Source: Lophium mytilinum (taxonomy: Eukaryota). From it: a stretch of DNA of 64,000 nt. The notes below the pieces were generated by a model that worked only from the letters and a program-made list of their open reading frames with translations, had not been told where the DNA came from and searched no databases. Where the stretch lies: NCBI GenBank assembly GCA_010093605.1, contig MU004193.1, forward strand, positions 1,692,579 to 1,756,578. The letters run 5' to 3'. Shown here piece by piece: positions 58,729 to 64,000 of this stretch. Within the stretch, counting starts at the first letter, position 1. Each line of letters begins with the position of its first letter. A program made the position numbers and the translations under genes.

Positions 58729-60724
58729 ATGGCCGCTGCCGACCCCCAGCATCACCATCGCCGCATTCCGTCCTCCTCGACCTCTCATCCTCATGATCCC
58801 ATACCATGCGAACCGAAGGAAATCCCGCAATTGGCCCTGTCGCCGTCCCAGCCCGACCACATCTCTCCGCGATCCTCCGGCGAGTCGGTCGAATGGTCCA
58901 GTGATGTTGACTCCGAGGCCCCATCGACCCCCAATACGGAGCCGCAGATGGACGAGCTGGTCGACCGCTTGGAAGACCTGCCTGTCGCGGCTGTGAACTT
59001 CGACAGCCAGTCTCGACCGCGACGAGCCTCCACTACCCTCATCTCAGAGAGCCCCGCAGATATCAGACGGCTGCTGGGCGATAGCGAGACAGCGACGAAG
59101 CTAATCAGCCAGTGCTGTGGCGGTGGATGCTGTTTGCTGAATACACTCATTCCCGATACGGCCGCTCCGGGCTACGACCCTGTAGTCATTCCCGACAATA
59201 AGGCCTTCCGGAGCCTGAACCTGCGCATTGGTCCTCTCGGCCTGGCTACCGAGCTTCAGAATGTCACGCCTCTACCGCCAGTCACACTCTCTTTTGAGCC
59301 GGTACCCGCTACCGAGGACAAACATGTTTCAGCCGTCCACACGCAGCCTCCGAGCTACGTCCAGCCACATCCTCCCTACAATGTCTATTCTGCTCCCATC
59401 CATCATGCACGCGAATTGACGAAGCCCGGCGCCGAGAAGCGGACGTTTCACTTTGACATCGATGTCACCGACTACCCAGACGAAGGAGGCGTCGATTTCA
59501 AGGTCGGAGGTGCCATCGGTATCTGTCCACCAAACGCACAGGAGATAGTGGACGAGCTATTCGACGTCCTCTGCATACCCAAGTTTGTGCGAGACAAGCC
59601 AGTTCTACTTAAGACTCAGAGTGGACGATGGCCTACCATTTGGGGAGCAGACGAGCCAAGAGAACTCGTTACAACACGTCGCGAACTTTTGACGTGGTGT
59701 GCGGACGTTCAAAGCCACCCACCCACGAAGAACATCCTCCGTCTCATGGCCGAGTACGCCGATGCCCCAAATGAGAAGAAGATCCTTCTCTATCTCACGT
59801 CCGCCCAAGGCCAGGCTACCTTCTGCGACCTCCGAACAACCTCCCACCTCACCGTCGCTCAGCTGCTTAGTGCTTTCCCATCCTCCAAGCCACCACTCGC
59901 AGCCCTGCTGTCTGTCCTCACCCAACTGATGCCACGCTTCTACTCCCTCTCCAACGATCCACATGTCTCGTCCGCTCGCCCTGGCCTCCCCGGCGGCCGT
60001 CGCCTTATCGAAATGGCCGTCACTGTTCACGAAACCCCTGACTGGCATACCCCGGGTACGCCGCGCACTGGCGTTGGTAGTGGATTCATGGAACGGACTG
60101 CCCATGCCTTCATTGCTGCTGAAAGCGAAGGCATCAATCCACGCGAAGTTCTCGACCTTCGCGTTCCCATGTTCCGCGGTCTTATGGCAAATCCACTCTC
60201 TCGCGAATTTGGTGGAGAAGGACCCATGATGTTGATTGGTGCCGGTGTCGGAATGGCGCCCTTCCGCGGCTTCATCCTCAACCGCCTCAAGAACGCCAAC
60301 TGCGCCAACAAAATCTGGCTAGTGCAAGGCGTTCGTGATTCTCTCCTCGACGAGATCTACTCCGGTGAGCTGGGCGACCATGAGGCAGAGATCAAGCATG
60401 TTGTTCAGAGTCGTAAGCCGCAGAAACACCATGGTGAGGCAAAGTACGTACAGGATGAGGTGCGCCAGCAGGCAGATATTGTCTGGTTCGTTATCAATGC
60501 TCTGGATGGTCGCATCTTTGTGTGCGGCAGTAGCAAAGGAATGGGCGAGGGCGTTGAGCAGGCACTGATAGATGTGGCTATGGATAAAGGTGGATTGGGA
60601 GAAAAGGAGGCAAAGGAATTTTGGGAGCAGAAGAAGGGGGATGGGCAGTATATTGCTGTAAGTTTCCCCCCCTATGAAACATCGAACCGTGCAAGTGCTA
60701 ACTTCGATATAGGAAACGTGGTAG
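58729..60724 (+). CDS. FAD/NADPH-binding oxidoreductase (cytochrome P450 reductase / methionine synthase reductase-like C-terminal module, no flavodoxin domain)
   Basis: PRFYSLS, GVGSGFM, MLIGAGVGMAPFRGF, KYVQD, IFVCGS..M; intron 60658-60712 gives a terminal ETW*; N-terminal CCGGGCC. Confidence 0.9.
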
Positions 60725-61847
60725 TTGCCCTTCGTTTTGAGCTCTCGGTCTAGTCCTGTATATATTCATTCTCGACCGAGACTTGTCTATATTCCGTTTC
60801 CCTTTTGCTTTCTTTTTTCTCTCCTTTCCTCTTCTACTCATTGGTCTTGATTTGCAATTTCAGCGTATCTTGAAAATCGGAATTGTACGATTTGCATTAG
60901 AAGTACAAAAACGGGCATACATCTTCAGTCAGAAAGGGTGCGATATACGGTCGCTCACGCACCGGTGCCAGAGGCTCTACATGCTTCAATTTTTTTCAAC
61001 TATTTCTTTCTCCATCTTTTCGGTCATGTCATAACTTAAAGCTCGCGCGTCTGACACGTTGAGCATGGTGTTGGGCGTATTTAACTTTCTCCCATCAAAG
61101 ATGGCAAAGCCGAAGCGGTTTTTGGTTGCATTTACGAGAAATGGGTTTTTGGAGAAAACAGACAGATGAACAACTTTTGAATTATCAAAACTTTTCTCTT
61201 GAGTAAACGTGGGTGCCCAAGAATTATCTACTTGCACCGTCACTAGCGAAACATTGTAGGCAAAACACACTGAACATAACGTGTAGCGCAGTATAATAGT
61301 ACCCAGGCAAGTCTGCCGACCCCGCTCGGGCAACCTGCTGCGTTGACGCGAACTCGAAGCTACTGAAAGCTGGGGTGAGGGGTGAAGTGGGGGGAGCTCG
61401 GTGGAGAGCTACTGACCACCAAATGAACGAAGCCTGACATCACTCTAAATCGGGCAATTTTGACGCGTGAGATCTTGTACTTTCTAAACACAACGTCGTG
61501 TCTTTAGACTCGTGTGTTCTTGTACCTCGAAAACATAAATCTGTGTTCCTAGACTCGTGTGAACGACCTCAAAGAAGCGTGTGGCTTGAAAGTCATTTGC
61601 ACGCTTGAATTGACGGGTGCCCGCATTGCCGCATGCAGTAATCCACCTGTTTAACATCGTAATCCAGACCTTTAGGCCCCCTCCACAGACGCTTCTCGTG
61701 GCCTACATACGTGATATAAACCCTTCGTCTCTTCCGACTCTTCTCTCCCACCCTCTCCAACTTCCCTCTCTCTTTCTTTCTTGAACTTCCTCTCCCGCTC
61801 TCACCTCCCGCCTATTCTACCTACACGCTCGCCTCGAACCCCCCACC

Positions 61848-62897
61848 ATGTCCCCTCATCCCCACCCCCCGCGTTTAGACCAAAAGGTGGCTCTCGTCAC
61901 CGGCTCCAGCAGCGGAATCGGTCGCGCCATCGCCATTGCCTACGCCTCACATGAGACGAAGCTAGTCGTCTGCGCGGATGTACGACCAGATGCGCACGGC
62001 ACGGCCTCTACACCAGAAGATAAAGAGACGACGCATGAGCTTATCAACAAGAGATATGGGGAGGGAAAGGCCGTGTTTGTGCGGTGCGATGTTAGTGAGG
62101 CGGACAGTTGGCAGACAGCAGTGGCGGAGGCTGTAGATAGGGGTGGGCGACTGGATGTGTGAGTATTCCCGGAACGAGTTTGGTCGTTTTCAACTCGGGG
62201 GAGCGTGAAGGTGATTTATGAGAGGGAGAGGGAGTTAACTGGATATACAGGCTTGTGAACAACGCGGGTGTTGGCGAACATAACTATCCGCGGCTGCATC
62301 TGATGGACGAAGCGATTTGGGATAAGACCATGGCGGTAAATGCAAAGGGGGTGTTTTTGGTTAGTCAAGCGTGCTTTCTCTACCTCCTGATCCCATGAAA
62401 ACTTGTTTCAGCTCGAATAAAGCACATTCCATAGCTCCCAGTCCTACAATCCCAGCCACTGACAGCTTCTCTCATCCCCATAGGGCTGCAAGTCCGCCCT
62501 AGCTCAGTTCATGAAGCAAGAACCACACCCCTCCGGCGACCGCGGCTGGATCGTCAACATCGCCTCCGTCTTTGGTATCAACGGCTTCAGTGGTGGCCAT
62601 GGGCCGTACTGTGCCTCTAAAGCCGCGTGCCTCAACCTCTCGAAATCGATCGCACTCGACTACGGCCCAGATAAGATCCACTGCAACGCCATCTGCCCTG
62701 GGTTTACGCAAAGTGCGATGACGGAGGCGACGTTTAAGGACGAGGCGGCGAATGCGGGGAGGTTAGCGGTGACACCGTGGGGGCGATGGGGAAGGCCGGA
62801 GGAGATTGCAGCGGCGGCTGTGTTTCTGGCGAGCGAGGACAGTAGCTTTATTACGGGTATCGGGTTGCCGATTGATGGGGGGTATTTGGCGATGTGA
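61848..62897 (+). CDS. Classical short-chain dehydrogenase/reductase
   Basis: VALVTGSSSGIG, CDVS, LVNNAG, IVNIAS, YCASK, NAICPG, TPWGRWG.PEEIA, IDGGY; two introns. Confidence 0.95.
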
Positions 62898-64000
62898 GAA
62901 GTTGGATAGGGAGGAATTTGAGGAGGAGAAGGGCAAGAATGATTGAATCAGATCATTTTGATATACGCCATACCCCTAGAGGGAGAGGGTTGGATATTAG
63001 GAGGGAATGAGACTACGATAATAGGGCACCTATCATAGTGCTACGTTTGGAAAGCTCGTTGCTGTGACTGACTTCATTGAGAGCTGAACAGGAGGGAATG
63101 AGGTAAGGGATACATGTGACCGCAATGGTGCCCTGTACTTTGCAAGGTTGCTACCATAGCTTCCTTGACTAGAATAAGAGATTGGTGATAGGCAATACGT
63201 GGCACTGTAAGAGCTTCCGAATTTCAAGGACTGGGACGGCGGCACAGCGGGAAGGACCCTCTAGAATATTTCTAAACAGGGGCTGGGTCTTCATTTGATA
63301 AGTCATAAAATCCGGGAAATGTGTTGCTTAGGTAGCCAGAAAGCTTGATTATACCTTACCATCACAACTCAACATGTAGCATTCCCGCACAGTTTACTAC
63401 AGAGAAAAGGCCAACACTCGTTTGTCTTACCCTAGCTGTAACGGGATAGTAACGTGACATGGAAGTTCCTAACATCTTGTAAGAATGAGACAGAAGTCAG
63501 CACCAGCCGCATATTCGGCCCTCGACGGCAGACGGCCCTTGCAGTTACATGATTCGCCGCCCACTAGAGCCGCAACGTGCCTTCGTGCTGTCACAGTAAG
63601 CCGTTTTCATAGCTGCTTTTGGTAGGCATCCGGTGCAGGCCCGGCGTCTGCGGCTTCGTGTTTCGAGTGTTTCGAAGCTCGTATTGGGGCTGGATTGAGC
63701 AAGGAGCTGGAGAGGTGGCGCCATCTCGTGAGAAAATTCGAGCCGCGAAGTTGAGTCCACTGTGCATTGAGGCTTTCTGAATTAGGGGCAATCGAGCTGC
63801 AGAATGGTCAAGCAAACTCCTTAACACGATACCCTCTCGTGCCCCGCTGCCCAGGCCGGGTGCAGATGGTGTTTGCATGGCGATTTGTGGGGAAGCCTGC
63901 TATTTTTACATGGCCTAGACAGGGGTGCTCAGCAGGGATACTCAGCAGGGATGCGGACGTGTTACCCTACCAACAACTGCGCCTCCTAGCGGGACAACGA

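Noticed and set aside
60960..61330. AT-rich intergenic patch (also 3240-3480) as a possible MITE or RIP relic
   Set aside because: No terminal inverted repeats, target-site duplications or second copy were found.
61505..61561. Direct repeat TAGACTCGTGTG x2 upstream of the last SDR; also CTCAGCAGGGAT x2 at 63928-63953
   Set aside because: Too short to distinguish from local duplication noise.

Overview
Intron-containing genomic DNA of a filamentous ascomycete (Pezizomycotina-type genes; short GT-AG introns with CTRAC/CTAAC branch sites), with about 29 supportable protein-coding genes and no rRNA, tRNA, CRISPR or intact transposon. The flanks hold ordinary genes: three SDRs, an alpha/beta-hydrolase, a large RE/RD-rich protein with a 20-unit DPRxx repeat, a Zn2Cys6 factor divergently paired with an NAD(P)-binding enzyme, a DAO-type oxidase, a putative PPR protein, an MDL1-type ABC transporter and a GNAT. 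The notable part is a dense accessory block at about 29.5-44 kb with no PKS, NRPS or terpene backbone. It contains a Clr5+TPR protein, a GDP-mannose 4,6-dehydratase without a fucose synthase, a possible ADP-ribosyltransferase-fold protein, TauD- and asaB/CmcJ-type 2OG oxygenases, and a divergent pair of a heme-thiolate peroxygenase and a plant alpha-dioxygenase-like peroxidase (a candidate oxylipin module). Other highlights: two perfect SreA-type iron boxes upstream of a flavodoxin-less diflavin reductase with a CCGGGCC motif, two GC-AG introns, a 1-bp frameshift in a zinc-finger gene, and a pair of paralogs flanking the PPR gene. All calls come from reading motifs by eye; no database searches were run.
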